Shown piece after piece: positions 1 through 8,410 of a stretch of 64,000 bases of DNA (the stretch's first letter is position 1; every line of letters begins with the position of its first letter). Made by a program: the position numbers and the translations under genes. This DNA comes from Methanobacteriota archaeon (GTDB lineage: Archaea > Thermoplasmatota > Thermoplasmata > UBA10834), in the NCBI GenBank assembly GCA_020725925.1, contig DYTN01000002.1, forward strand, positions 44,621-108,620. Direction: 5' to 3'. The notes below the pieces were generated by a model. The model was given only the letters and a program-made list of their open reading frames with translations. It had not been told where the DNA came from and ran no database searches.

Positions 1-63
1 GCACACATAGACGCCTATGCGTTCCTCTTTCTCCTTCGCCTTCTTCTCAGGTTTCTCGGCCAT
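1..63 (-). CDS. N-terminus of a gene running off the window start (MAEKPEKKAKEKEERIGVYVC...). Identity undetermined.
   Basis: An ATG at 61-63 on the minus strand opens a frame that continues to position 1. The peptide is Lys/Glu-rich. Only 21 codons are visible. Confidence 0.3.
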   Translation of the reverse strand, partial: MAEKPEKKAKEKEERIGVYVC

Positions 64-340
64 GTCCCAGACGGTCAGGAATGATTAACAGGGTAATTGT
101 TCCTTTTGGCGAAGCGCACATGGTCCCGCGGCGCTCGCAGACGGGCGAGGGCGCAGGCGCGCATAATAAGCTATGTGCCCGCGTCCTGTCCAGCATCGAT
201 TCCCATTTGGGTAACTATAAATATTCCGACTCTTCTATTTAGACAGGACGGGACGATGCGCAGGGCCCGACTTGGCCCTGGAACGCAACGGACTTATTCG
301 GGTCCCGTGCTCCCCCAACGAGCCAGGCATAGGAGAGCGG

Positions 341-2755
341 ATGCCGAAGGACGAGTCAGGAAAGGTCACTTGCCCCATCTGCGGCTACGAATCACCGGAA
401 GGTTCCGCCAGGTGCGAGCACTGCTACAGCTCGCTTCTCCCTGTCGCCACCGAGAACGAGGGGCGGGGGAAGGACTCCAAGACGGTTCCAGACGAGAAGG
501 AGTTGGACGAGCTCAAGCTCGTTCCCGGCGTCGGAGAGGCGAAGGCGGAGGCCCTCCACGAGGCAGGCTATCGATCGATCAAGGACCTCAAGAGCGCGCG
601 CGTCGACGACCTCGCGTCCGTCAAGGGCATCGGCGAGAAGCTCGCGACCAAGATCCTCGAGAGCGTGCACAGGATGTCGACAGGGACGACGGATTCGTCC
701 CTCGCGAACTGGCTCTCGGGCGAGGACGACGGCCTGTCGGACTGGCTCTCGGGAGACGAGAGAGCGCGGCCGGAGGCCACGGTCGCCAACAGAGAGCGGC
801 CGCGGGACGATTCGCTCGCGCGCTGGCTAGCCGGCGATGAGGAGGACGTGAGCGTCTGGCTCGACGAGACGAGGACGGCCGAGGTCGAGCCGCACGAGAT
901 CGGTCCGAACGAGCTGCTCGCCCGCGAGGCCGAGCTCATCCAGCTCAGGGAAACCCTGAGGGAGAAGCTGAGGCAGCTCGACATCGGGGATTTCGACGCC
1001 CAGGGCACAATCGAGGAGCTCGCCAAGGTCCGGGGGGACTACGAGCTCGAGAGGAACAAGACGAGGGAGCTCGAGGAAGAGCTGGAGAACGTCAAGCGCG
1101 GGAGCATCGCAGTCATCAAGTTCATCAAGAGCCAGCAGGGCGGCGAGGCCGACCAGGACGCACTCGCCGACAAGCTGGCGTCCGAGATGGCCAACCGTGA
1201 GACGCTCGAGCTGCAAATCATGCAGCTCGAGGAGACCGTCTCGGCACTCAAGGACAAGCTGGACTCGGGCTTGCAGGAGCTGCCCTCGGACGCACAGGCG
1301 CTGAAGCAGCAGGAGATCGCGCTCGCGGAGAGGCAGGCACAGCTGGATGCGATGAAGAAGCAGCTCCTCGCCAAGGAGGAGGCTCTCAGTAGGGGCGCGC
1401 TCGTGGGAGCGCCCGGGGAAGCGGGCGTCGTCGTGGACCCAGGCCTCGTCCAGAAGGTCCAGGAGTATGCGCGCAGGGAGCAGGAGCTACTCGCAAAGGC
1501 CCAGGACCTCGAGTCCAGGCTCGCCCAGGCCAAGCTCGAGACGAAGCAGAAGGAGGAGATGATGAAGCTCTCGAGCGCGCCGGGAAAGACCATGGACAAG
1601 GAGGTCCTGAGGAAGGTCGAGGACGCTCAGCGCATCGAGCGGACGCTCGTCGTCAGGGAACAGGAGGTCCAGCGCCTCAGGGAGGACCTGAAGATCCGCG
1701 AGGAGGAGATCACCAAGCTCAAGGAGCCGATGAAGTACAAGGAGGACGAGATGCTCAGGCGCGAGGAGGACCTCATGTACCGCGAGCGCCTCCTCCAGGA
1801 AGAGCTCAAGAAGGTGAGCCAGGCAAGGGCGGAGCTGACCTCGCAGGACGAGCTCACGCTCAAGAGGCGCCTGGAGGAGCTCCAGGCGGAGGTCACGGTC
1901 AAGGAAGAGGAGATCAGGTCCAAGGAGAAGTACCTCTCGGCCAAGGAGGAGGAGCTGAGGCTCCGCGAGCAGGGCGTCATCACTGAGGAGATCGAGAGGC
2001 GCGAGCAGGAGCGCATGCTCGAGTTCAAGCAGGAGAAGGTGAAGACTGGAACTGCAAGGCTCGACGACCTGCTGCTCGGCGGCGTGCCGTTCGGCTCGAA
2101 CATACTGATCTATGGTCCGCCGTTCACGGGGAAGGAGGTGCTGTTGAGCGCGTTCATCGCCGAGGGGCTCAAGAAGGGCATCCCCGCACTCTGGATACTC
2201 ACCGAGAAGTCCCCCAAGGAGATGCGCGAGGAGATGTCGTACGTCGTGTCTGGGTACGAGGAGTACGAAAAGCTTGGGCTCGTGAGATACGTCGACGCGT
2301 ACTCGAGGAGCATGGGGGACGAGTCCCAGGACCCGTACGCAGAGTACATCGAGTCGCCCACGGACTACGAGTCGATCCAGAAGGCGATTGAGAACGCCAC
2401 GAAGGCGTTCAAGGAGAAGCACGAGTACTACCGCGTGGGCTTCAGGTCGATATCGACGCTCATCGCCTACCTCGACCCGGGCACGGCCTTCAGGTTCCTC
2501 AGCCCCGTCGTGGGCAGGAGGAAGAGGGACAGGGCCGTGGCGGTGTACACCATCGAGAAGGGCGTTCACGGCGAGCAGGAGATACAGATGATAGGCTCGC
2601 TCATGGACGGCATGATCGAGTTCAAGGTGGAGAACCTGAACACGTTCCTGTCCGTGAGGGGCATATGCGACGTCCAGTCCAGGGCATTCATCAGATACTC
2701 CGCAACGAAGACCGGGGTGTCGATCGGCTCGTTCTCGCTCGACCACATTCGGTGA
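341..2755 (+). CDS. Multidomain protein: N-terminal zinc ribbon, helix-hairpin-helix pair, ~450-aa coiled coil, C-terminal KaiC/RecA-like P-loop domain.
   Basis: - ORF 272..2755; preferred start ATG 341 after GGAGAG.
- N-terminal zinc ribbon CPICGY..CEHC.
- HhH motifs (LVPGVGEAKAEALHEAGY, VKGIGEKLATKILESV).
- Long Glu/Leu/Lys/Arg heptad-rich region.
- C-terminus GGVPFGSNILIYGPPFTGKEVLL..VDAY, typical of KaiC-family single domains.
- Walker A is variant (GKE instead of GKT/S). Confidence 0.7.
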   Translation: MPKDESGKVTCPICGYESPEGSARCEHCYSSLLPVATENEGRGKDSKTVPDEKELDELKLVPGVGEAKAEALHEAGYRSIKDLKSARVDDLASVKGIGEKLATKILESVHRMSTGTTDSSLANWLSGEDDGLSDWLSGDERARPEATVANRERPRDDSLARWLAGDEEDVSVWLDETRTAEVEPHEIGPNELLAREAELIQLRETLREKLRQLDIGDFDAQGTIEELAKVRGDYELERNKTRELEEELENVKRGSIAVIKFIKSQQGGEADQDALADKLASEMANRETLELQIMQLEETVSALKDKLDSGLQELPSDAQALKQQEIALAERQAQLDAMKKQLLAKEEALSRGALVGAPGEAGVVVDPGLVQKVQEYARREQELLAKAQDLESRLAQAKLETKQKEEMMKLSSAPGKTMDKEVLRKVEDAQRIERTLVVREQEVQRLREDLKIREEEITKLKEPMKYKEDEMLRREEDLMYRERLLQEELKKVSQARAELTSQDELTLKRRLEELQAEVTVKEEEIRSKEKYLSAKEEELRLREQGVITEEIERREQERMLEFKQEKVKTGTARLDDLLLGGVPFGSNILIYGPPFTGKEVLLSAFIAEGLKKGIPALWILTEKSPKEMREEMSYVVSGYEEYEKLGLVRYVDAYSRSMGDESQDPYAEYIESPTDYESIQKAIENATKAFKEKHEYYRVGFRSISTLIAYLDPGTAFRFLSPVVGRRKRDRAVAVYTIEKGVHGEQEIQMIGSLMDGMIEFKVENLNTFLSVRGICDVQSRAFIRYSATKTGVSIGSFSLDHIR

Positions 2756-2783
2756 GCGCCGGGCCGTTGCCGAGCATGCTTTC

Positions 2784-3230
2784 TCAGGCGACTTCCATCG
2801 AGGACTTGTGGTCCTTCGCGCCCGGGGCCTTCGCTCCCCCTTTCACCTGGATCTGCGGGGGAGGGAGAGGCGGCGGGAGCCCAAGGTCCCTGGATATCAC
2901 GACGGCCGCGGGCATGCAGTTCGTGAAGATGGCGCCGAGGATTGGGTTGAACACCTCGTTCGGAAGCGCCTTGTTCTGAGGCCACTGCGAGGCAATGCTC
3001 TTCGCGTCGCCGTCCCACACGACTCTGCCCTCGATCGTTATCATGCCCATCCCGACATAGCTGATCGTGAACCGGAAATCAATCTGCGCATCCTTGTCTG
3101 AGAGAGCAGAGACGTTGGTCACGTTCGTGGTGTGGTCCACCCTGATCTGCGGAGGACGCTCGCCGAGCTTGGAGTATCTCTTGGCGTCGACGGACGTGAG
3201 TTCGAAGGACTTGATCGGCATATGGTGCAA
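2784..3230 (-). CDS. Hypothetical protein (beta-rich, Pro-rich C-terminus).
   Basis: 148-aa ORF with coding-like composition. No recognisable family. The promoter-like AT-rich stretch and direct repeats lie upstream (3231-3300). Confidence 0.4.
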   Translation of the reverse strand: MHHMPIKSFELTSVDAKRYSKLGERPPQIRVDHTTNVTNVSALSDKDAQIDFRFTISYVGMGMITIEGRVVWDGDAKSIASQWPQNKALPNEVFNPILGAIFTNCMPAAVVISRDLGLPPPLPPPQIQVKGGAKAPGAKDHKSSMEVA

Positions 3231-3269
3231 CCTCTCGTCTACGGCACTAACCGCGTCATGTCAATTTAA

Positions 3270-3294
3270 GCTATCTGTGTTTAGGCTATCTGTG
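3270..3294. repeat. Tandem direct repeat GCTATCTGTG (x2, 15-nt period) between the tRNA-Phe 3' end and the 2784..3230 gene start.
   Basis: Read directly from the sequence. Confidence 0.5.
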
Positions 3295-3328
3295 GCCCGG
3301 CTGCCCAGGCTCACAGATGACAGACGAG

Positions 3329-3401
3329 TGCCGTGGGCCGGACTTGAACCAGCGACTTCAAGATCTTCAGTCTTGCACTCTCCCAACTGAGTTACCACGG
3401 C
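3329..3401 (-). tRNA. tRNA-Phe (anticodon GAA), CCA not encoded.
   Basis: - The reverse complement folds as a cloverleaf.
- Acceptor GCCGUGG / CCACGGC.
- D-arm ACUCAGUUGGGAGAGU.
- Anticodon stem CAAGA/UCUUG with loop CUGAAGA.
- T-arm GCUGG-UUCAAGU-CCGGC.
- Discriminator A. Confidence 0.8.
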
Positions 3402-3675
3402 TCGCCGGAGCAAAAAGGCAGTTACGCGTTTCCTATATTAAACCTCTGCACGCGATGCGAGGAGCGGATGCCTCTCGCAAGAACGTGCAGGGATGCGCTC
3501 GCAGCGTGCGGGGAGGAGGTCGTCAGAGGAGTCAACGAAAGGCATCCGGAAGGAGCGGCTCTCGGGCGTTTTTTTCGCAATCCACAGGCGTTTTCGCCAC
3601 GATAGCAAAAACAATAGTATTAAATATGTTCCAGACGCTGATTAGGTTGCTTCGAAACTCTTGTTTGGTGGTAGG

Positions 3676-4680
3676 ATGACGTCGTCCCCCCAGTACACTC
3701 ACTACTCTACTGACTCGACCGCCGACCGTATCAAGAAATCACCTAGATGGGGCAACGATGAGGGGGTCGCCGCGACGGTCGGCACCATCATGGCGCTCCT
3801 TGTCTTCCTGACCTTCTTCGGCATGTTCACGAACCAATTCGTCCCCGTTTGGATGGGCGACAACGAGAGCGCTCACATGTCGACTGCGATCCAACAGGTC
3901 ACGACGCTCAAGTCGTCAATCGACACCTCGATCTCGATCTACGCGAACAGCCTGGTCGCTGCGGCGCCGATGTCCGTGCCAATCACTCTAAGCGCGTCAG
4001 GCATACCCGTCTTCGCCGCTCCCACTGCGGGCATTCTGCAGTTCACACCCGAGGGAGTCCTTGTGCGCCCAATGTTCAATGTCACATACACCTACCAGTC
4101 CACGGGCGGGTATACGAACACGCTCAGCCCGGCCAACGACGGAAGGTCCGGGGGGATGCTCGACCTGTACTGTCCGAACAGGTACTATGTGGAGCAGCAC
4201 CTGACCTGGGAGAACGGCGCGGTGATACTGAACCAGAGCGACGGCGAGTTCGTCATCGCGGGACCGCAGTTCTCGGTCAGGGACCTGGGCACCGCGGGCT
4301 CGCCCAACAGGGCCGTGATGCTGACCCAGATCTCGCTCCAGGGCACCAACAAGACGATAGGGGGGACTGGCTCGAAGCTCGTCACGGCCGAGATGCAGTT
4401 CGCGGACACGAAGTCCTACGAGAACGCCAACGGTGCCTCGCTGACGATCACCATAGTCACGAAGCACGGCATGGCGTGGGCGAGGTACTTCAACTCGTCG
4501 CTCCAGAGCTCCCCCGCCGGCCTCGACTACGGGACGGACTTCTGGGTCAACTGGACCCTCCACGAGCAGACCAACAAGCTCGACAACTACTACACGGTCA
4601 CAATCACGATAGGCCAGGTCATGATACTCGACCACACGAAGGCGACAGTCAAGCTGTCAGTCGGCGAGCTGGGGGTCTAG
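3676..4680 (+). CDS. Membrane-anchored extracellular beta-rich protein, candidate (minor) pilin or pilus-associated protein of the downstream pilus operon.
   Basis: - ATG at 3676 (the ORF-track TTG at 3661 is less likely).
- A charged N-region is followed by a single hydrophobic helix VAATVGTIMALLVFLTFFGMF.
- A Thr/Ser/Gly/Asn-rich beta-rich ectodomain follows.
- Stop is 12 nt before the secretion ATPase start.
- An AT-rich TTAAATAT box lies ~45 nt upstream. Confidence 0.5.
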   Translation: MTSSPQYTHYSTDSTADRIKKSPRWGNDEGVAATVGTIMALLVFLTFFGMFTNQFVPVWMGDNESAHMSTAIQQVTTLKSSIDTSISIYANSLVAAAPMSVPITLSASGIPVFAAPTAGILQFTPEGVLVRPMFNVTYTYQSTGGYTNTLSPANDGRSGGMLDLYCPNRYYVEQHLTWENGAVILNQSDGEFVIAGPQFSVRDLGTAGSPNRAVMLTQISLQGTNKTIGGTGSKLVTAEMQFADTKSYENANGASLTITIVTKHGMAWARYFNSSLQSSPAGLDYGTDFWVNWTLHEQTNKLDNYYTVTITIGQVMILDHTKATVKLSVGELGV

Positions 4681-4691
4681 GGAGGAAGACG

Positions 4692-6446
4692 ATGGCCGAA
4701 ACACATCCGAAACCGAAGCATGAAGTGCCCGTCAGCGCCCCGAAGATGCCGCTGGGTTCGAGAATCTACCAGGGCTGGGTGGGCGCGCTGAGCAAGATGA
4801 AGTCCTCGCCCGTGGAGGTCAGACAGCCCAGGGGAGCCGCTGCCAGGAAGCGCGACTGGAGCCAGGGCAGGGGTTCGGTGTACACTCAGGTCCCGCCGAT
4901 AACCGACATCGACATCCAGGAGATGGGGTTCTACGGGGTCGAGGAGCCGTTCAGCTACGTCAGGGCCACATACAACGGCGCCACCAGCGAATACCTCCTT
5001 AACGTGATCGAGCCCGCGCTGACCGAGGAGGAGGAAGAGCTGCTGAGGCTGATTAAGGAGACCCTCGAGAAGACCCTCGAGTACGACTGGGAGAAGCTCA
5101 CGGTGATGGACAAGAAGACCTACATCGAGAGGAGCGTGGACAGCTACATCAAGTCCAGGGGGATGGCGATCGAGCCCATCTCCAAGGACAAGGTCTCATA
5201 CTTCATCGCAAGGGACTTCGTCGGCTATGGGCCAATTGACGCCCTGATGAACGACCACCACATCGAGGACGTTTCTTGCGACGGCGTTGGCATCCCGCTG
5301 TTCGTGTTCCACAGCAAGTTCGAGTCGATCAAGACGAACATCATGTTCGAGGACGAGAACGACCTGAACTCGTTCGTGGTCAACCTGGGCCAGAGGTGCG
5401 GGAAGCAGCTCTCGGTCTCAAACCCGATCCTGGACGGCACCGCACCGGAAGGGCACAGGGTCCAGGCGACGTACGCCAGGGAGGTCACGACCAGGGGCGC
5501 ATCGTTCACCATCAGGCGGTTCAAGGAGAAGCCCTTCACCCCCGTCGAGCTCATCAAGTACGGCACCGCATCTCCCGAGATCGTGGCGTACATGTGGCTC
5601 AGTGTGGAGCACGGCGAATCCGCGATCATATGCGGGGGAACAGCGAGCGGCAAGACCGCGACCTTGAACGCCATGGCACTTTTCATACCGCCCGGCGCGA
5701 AGGTCGTCACGATGGAGGACACCAGGGAGATCAACCTGCCCCACGAGAACTGGATCCCCGGCACCACCAGGTCAGGTGTGGGAGAGCGCGGGCCCGACGG
5801 CAAGGCCGCGGGCGAGATAGACATGTACGACCTGGTGAGGGCCTCGTTGAGGCAGAGGCCCAACTACATCATCGTCGGTGAGGTCAGGGGCAAGGAGACC
5901 TACACGATGTTCCAGGCGATGGCCACGGGCCACACAACATTCTCGACGATGCACGCGGACAGCGTCAAGGGCATGGTCAACAGGCTCGAGAACCCCCCCA
6001 TCAACTGCCCGAGGATACTGCTCACCGCCCTGAGGAACGTCATCATACAGACCCATGCCAGGGTGGGCATGGACATGGTCAGGCGCATAAAGCAGCTCAT
6101 AGAGATCGTGGGGTTCGAGCCCGAGACGAACGAACTGATCTCGAACACCGTCTACGAGTGGGACCAGGCAACTGACAAGTTCATCTTCAAGGGGCACAGC
6201 TTCCTGTTCGACAAGATCATGGAGATGAAGAACCTGACGCACGAGGAGCTCCTGCAGGAGTTCGAGCGGAGGGTGGACGTCGTGAAGTACATGGTCGCGA
6301 AGGACATCACTGACCACAGGGAGATCTGGGGGCTCATCAGGGAGTACTACAAGGACTCGAAGGTCACCTCGGAGCGAATCAGGAAGGAGCTCTATGGCTC
6401 CGCCCCCAGGCCCACGATGATACCCGGAGGTGAGGTCGCTGCCTGA
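4692..6446 (+). CDS. Type IV pilus/archaellum-type assembly ATPase (FlaI / TadA / GspE-VirB11 superfamily), paralog 1.
   Basis: - ATG 4692 preceded by GGAGG.
- Walker A GGTASGKTATLNA.
- Asp box TMEDTREINLPHENW.
- Walker B/His box region IIVGEVRGKETYTMFQAMATGH.
- Full-length FlaI-like N-terminal domain. Confidence 0.9.
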   Translation: MAETHPKPKHEVPVSAPKMPLGSRIYQGWVGALSKMKSSPVEVRQPRGAAARKRDWSQGRGSVYTQVPPITDIDIQEMGFYGVEEPFSYVRATYNGATSEYLLNVIEPALTEEEEELLRLIKETLEKTLEYDWEKLTVMDKKTYIERSVDSYIKSRGMAIEPISKDKVSYFIARDFVGYGPIDALMNDHHIEDVSCDGVGIPLFVFHSKFESIKTNIMFEDENDLNSFVVNLGQRCGKQLSVSNPILDGTAPEGHRVQATYAREVTTRGASFTIRRFKEKPFTPVELIKYGTASPEIVAYMWLSVEHGESAIICGGTASGKTATLNAMALFIPPGAKVVTMEDTREINLPHENWIPGTTRSGVGERGPDGKAAGEIDMYDLVRASLRQRPNYIIVGEVRGKETYTMFQAMATGHTTFSTMHADSVKGMVNRLENPPINCPRILLTALRNVIIQTHARVGMDMVRRIKQLIEIVGFEPETNELISNTVYEWDQATDKFIFKGHSFLFDKIMEMKNLTHEELLQEFERRVDVVKYMVAKDITDHREIWGLIREYYKDSKVTSERIRKELYGSAPRPTMIPGGEVAA

Positions 6447-7470
6447 GGTATCTGACGTATTTAGGAAGGTCGAGGTGAAGCCGGCTCAGTACCTCAAGAC
6501 CAAGATCACCATGGGCGAGGGGACCATCGGGCCGCACTCGGTCAGGCTCGTGAAGGGGACGGTGCCGGAGTACATCAAGCTCTCTCCGTTCCAGGACCTC
6601 GCCTGGAGGACCATGGGCAAGCGCGCCAAGACGAAGACCGCGCTCCTGCAGCAGCTCGAGGAGTCGCTCCTGAAGGCCCACATGAAGATCCGGCCGGAGG
6701 AGTACCTGGCGTATGTCCTCATGGCGACACTGGTGACCGCCGTCGTGGGGGTCGTGATAGCCATCGTGGTCGGCGTGCTGATCTTCGGCCTGATGGATGT
6801 CAACATCATGCTCAGGATAATGGTCTCGGTGGCAGCGATTCTGCTCCTTCCGATCATGACCTACTTCCTTCTGTTGGGCTCCCCCGGCTCGAAGGCGAAG
6901 TCCAGGAGCAGGGACATAGACAAGCGCATTGCGGCCGCGATGAGCTTCATATCCGCGATGGCGTCTGCGGACGTCAACATCGATGTCATCTTCAAGGAGC
7001 TGTCGAGGCAGAAGGTGTACGGGGAGATAGCCCACGAGTCCGCCTGGATCACGAGGGACACGGAGCTCCTCGGGTCCGATATCCTGTCCGCCATCAAGAA
7101 GGCCGCCAGGAGGTCCCCATCCGCGAAGTTCCAGGACTTCCTACAGGGCGTCATCACAACCTCCACCTCGGGCGGGCAGCTCAAGCCGTACTTCCTGCTC
7201 AAGGCGGAGGAGTTCCAGAAGGAGAACAAGCTCGCCCTCAAGTCCCAGATGGAGACCCTCGGGATGCTTGCTGAATCCTTCGTGACGGTCGTGGTGGCGT
7301 TCCCGCTGTTCCTCGTGCTCATCCTGGCGATCATGGCAATCGTCGGCGGCGGAGGCGACCCGGACTTCATGGTCATGATGCTCTATCTGATCGTCCTGGG
7401 GATGATCCCTGTGTCCCAGTTCGGCTTCGTGTTCGTCATCTGGAACATGTCAAAGGAGGCTTCGATGTAG
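6430..7470 (+). CDS. Pilus platform membrane protein with a single T2SSF domain (TadB/TadC/FlaJ-like), half 1.
   Basis: - Several TM helices.
- The cytoplasmic helical domain RDIDKRIAAAMSFISAMASA..QDFLQGV is typical of GspF/TadC family domains.
- Overlaps the upstream ATPase stop, indicating operon coupling. Confidence 0.75.
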   Translation: MRSLPEVSDVFRKVEVKPAQYLKTKITMGEGTIGPHSVRLVKGTVPEYIKLSPFQDLAWRTMGKRAKTKTALLQQLEESLLKAHMKIRPEEYLAYVLMATLVTAVVGVVIAIVVGVLIFGLMDVNIMLRIMVSVAAILLLPIMTYFLLLGSPGSKAKSRSRDIDKRIAAAMSFISAMASADVNIDVIFKELSRQKVYGEIAHESAWITRDTELLGSDILSAIKKAARRSPSAKFQDFLQGVITTSTSGGQLKPYFLLKAEEFQKENKLALKSQMETLGMLAESFVTVVVAFPLFLVLILAIMAIVGGGGDPDFMVMMLYLIVLGMIPVSQFGFVFVIWNMSKEASM

Positions 7471-8406
7471 ATGCCGCCGCAGAGGAAGATGTCGGAGCAG
7501 GAGCGGGAGAGGGCCCTCAAGAGGATCCTCGCGACTGAGCGGGCCGACAAGACCAGGACTATCGTGGGCGGCTCCATCGGAGTGGCTGCGGTCCTCATAT
7601 TCGCGGGCGTCGTGGACTACATAGGCAGTGCTGACCTGCCGCTGGACGCCATCGACTGGATCATATTCGCCATAGCCGCGATCATCGGCCCGTACGGCTT
7701 CTACGTGAGCGCCAGGGAGAAACGCGTGAGGGAGATTGAGATGAGGCTGCCCGACTTCCTCAGGGATGTCGCAGAGGCCGGGAGGTTCGGCATGACCCTC
7801 GCGGATGCCATCGTCGTCGCGAGCACCGGCAGGTACGGCAGGCTCACGCCGGAGATAAAGAAGATGGCCGCGCAGATAGAGTGGGGCGTGCCCGCCTCGG
7901 AGGCCATCAGGCTGTTCTCCGAGAGGGTCAAGACGCCCCTGGTGACGAGGATGGCATCCATCATCATGAAGGCGAACGATGCGGGCGGCAACGTCGCCGA
8001 CGTGCTGAGCATGGTCTCGCACGACGCGAAGGAGACCATCCTGACGCAGGAGGAGCGGGGCGTGACGATGCAGACCTATGTGCTCGTCGTGTACATCGCC
8101 TTCTTCGTGTTCATCGCGACAATCCTGATCCTGCAGGGCCAGTTCCTCCCGAAGATGGAGGAGGCGGGCACGCAGGTGAGCGAGGCGGCGGAGGCCCAGG
8201 GCGTCGGGGAGATACCGGGAGTGAGCATACAGGTCGACATCATACCAACAGTGGGGTTCATCTTCCTGCTGTCCGTGCTCGTACATGCGATTGGCGACGG
8301 GCTCCTGGCGGGCGTGATACAGAAGGGGAGCATCCCGATAGGCATGAGGCACAGCTTCATCATGCTGCTGGCCGGCTTCGTGTCCCTGAGGATCATAGGA
8401 GGCTGA
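7471..8406 (+). CDS. Pilus platform membrane protein with a single T2SSF domain (TadC-like), half 2.
   Basis: - Start codon abuts the previous stop (TAGATG).
- TM helices.
- T2SSF-like cytoplasmic domain LPDFLRDVAEAGRFGMTLADAI..RLFSERV. Confidence 0.75.
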   Translation: MPPQRKMSEQERERALKRILATERADKTRTIVGGSIGVAAVLIFAGVVDYIGSADLPLDAIDWIIFAIAAIIGPYGFYVSAREKRVREIEMRLPDFLRDVAEAGRFGMTLADAIVVASTGRYGRLTPEIKKMAAQIEWGVPASEAIRLFSERVKTPLVTRMASIIMKANDAGGNVADVLSMVSHDAKETILTQEERGVTMQTYVLVVYIAFFVFIATILILQGQFLPKMEEAGTQVSEAAEAQGVGEIPGVSIQVDIIPTVGFIFLLSVLVHAIGDGLLAGVIQKGSIPIGMRHSFIMLLAGFVSLRIIGG

Positions 8407-8410
8407 CAGG

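Noticed and set aside
1487-2746. Long antisense ORFs inside GC-rich genes (for example 1487-2746 minus, 7450-8472 minus, 8732-10027 minus, 18963-20090 plus, 22423-23382 minus, 47601-48638 minus)
   Set aside because: - Translations are Arg/Ala/Gly/Pro-rich low-complexity with no domain signatures.
- Each sits entirely within a well-supported gene on the other strand.
- Typical high-GC frame artefacts.
3067-3679. ORFs 3067-3390 and 3317-3679 (+)
   Set aside because: They overlap the tRNA-Phe gene and the AT-rich promoter region. No coding signal.
3849-4691. 5' extension of the ATPase ORF (865-aa version starting at 3849)
   Set aside because: - The upstream part is antisense-like Arg/His-rich sequence overlapping the pilin-like gene in another frame.
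- The ATPase homology begins at the Met at 4692, which has a GGAGG site.
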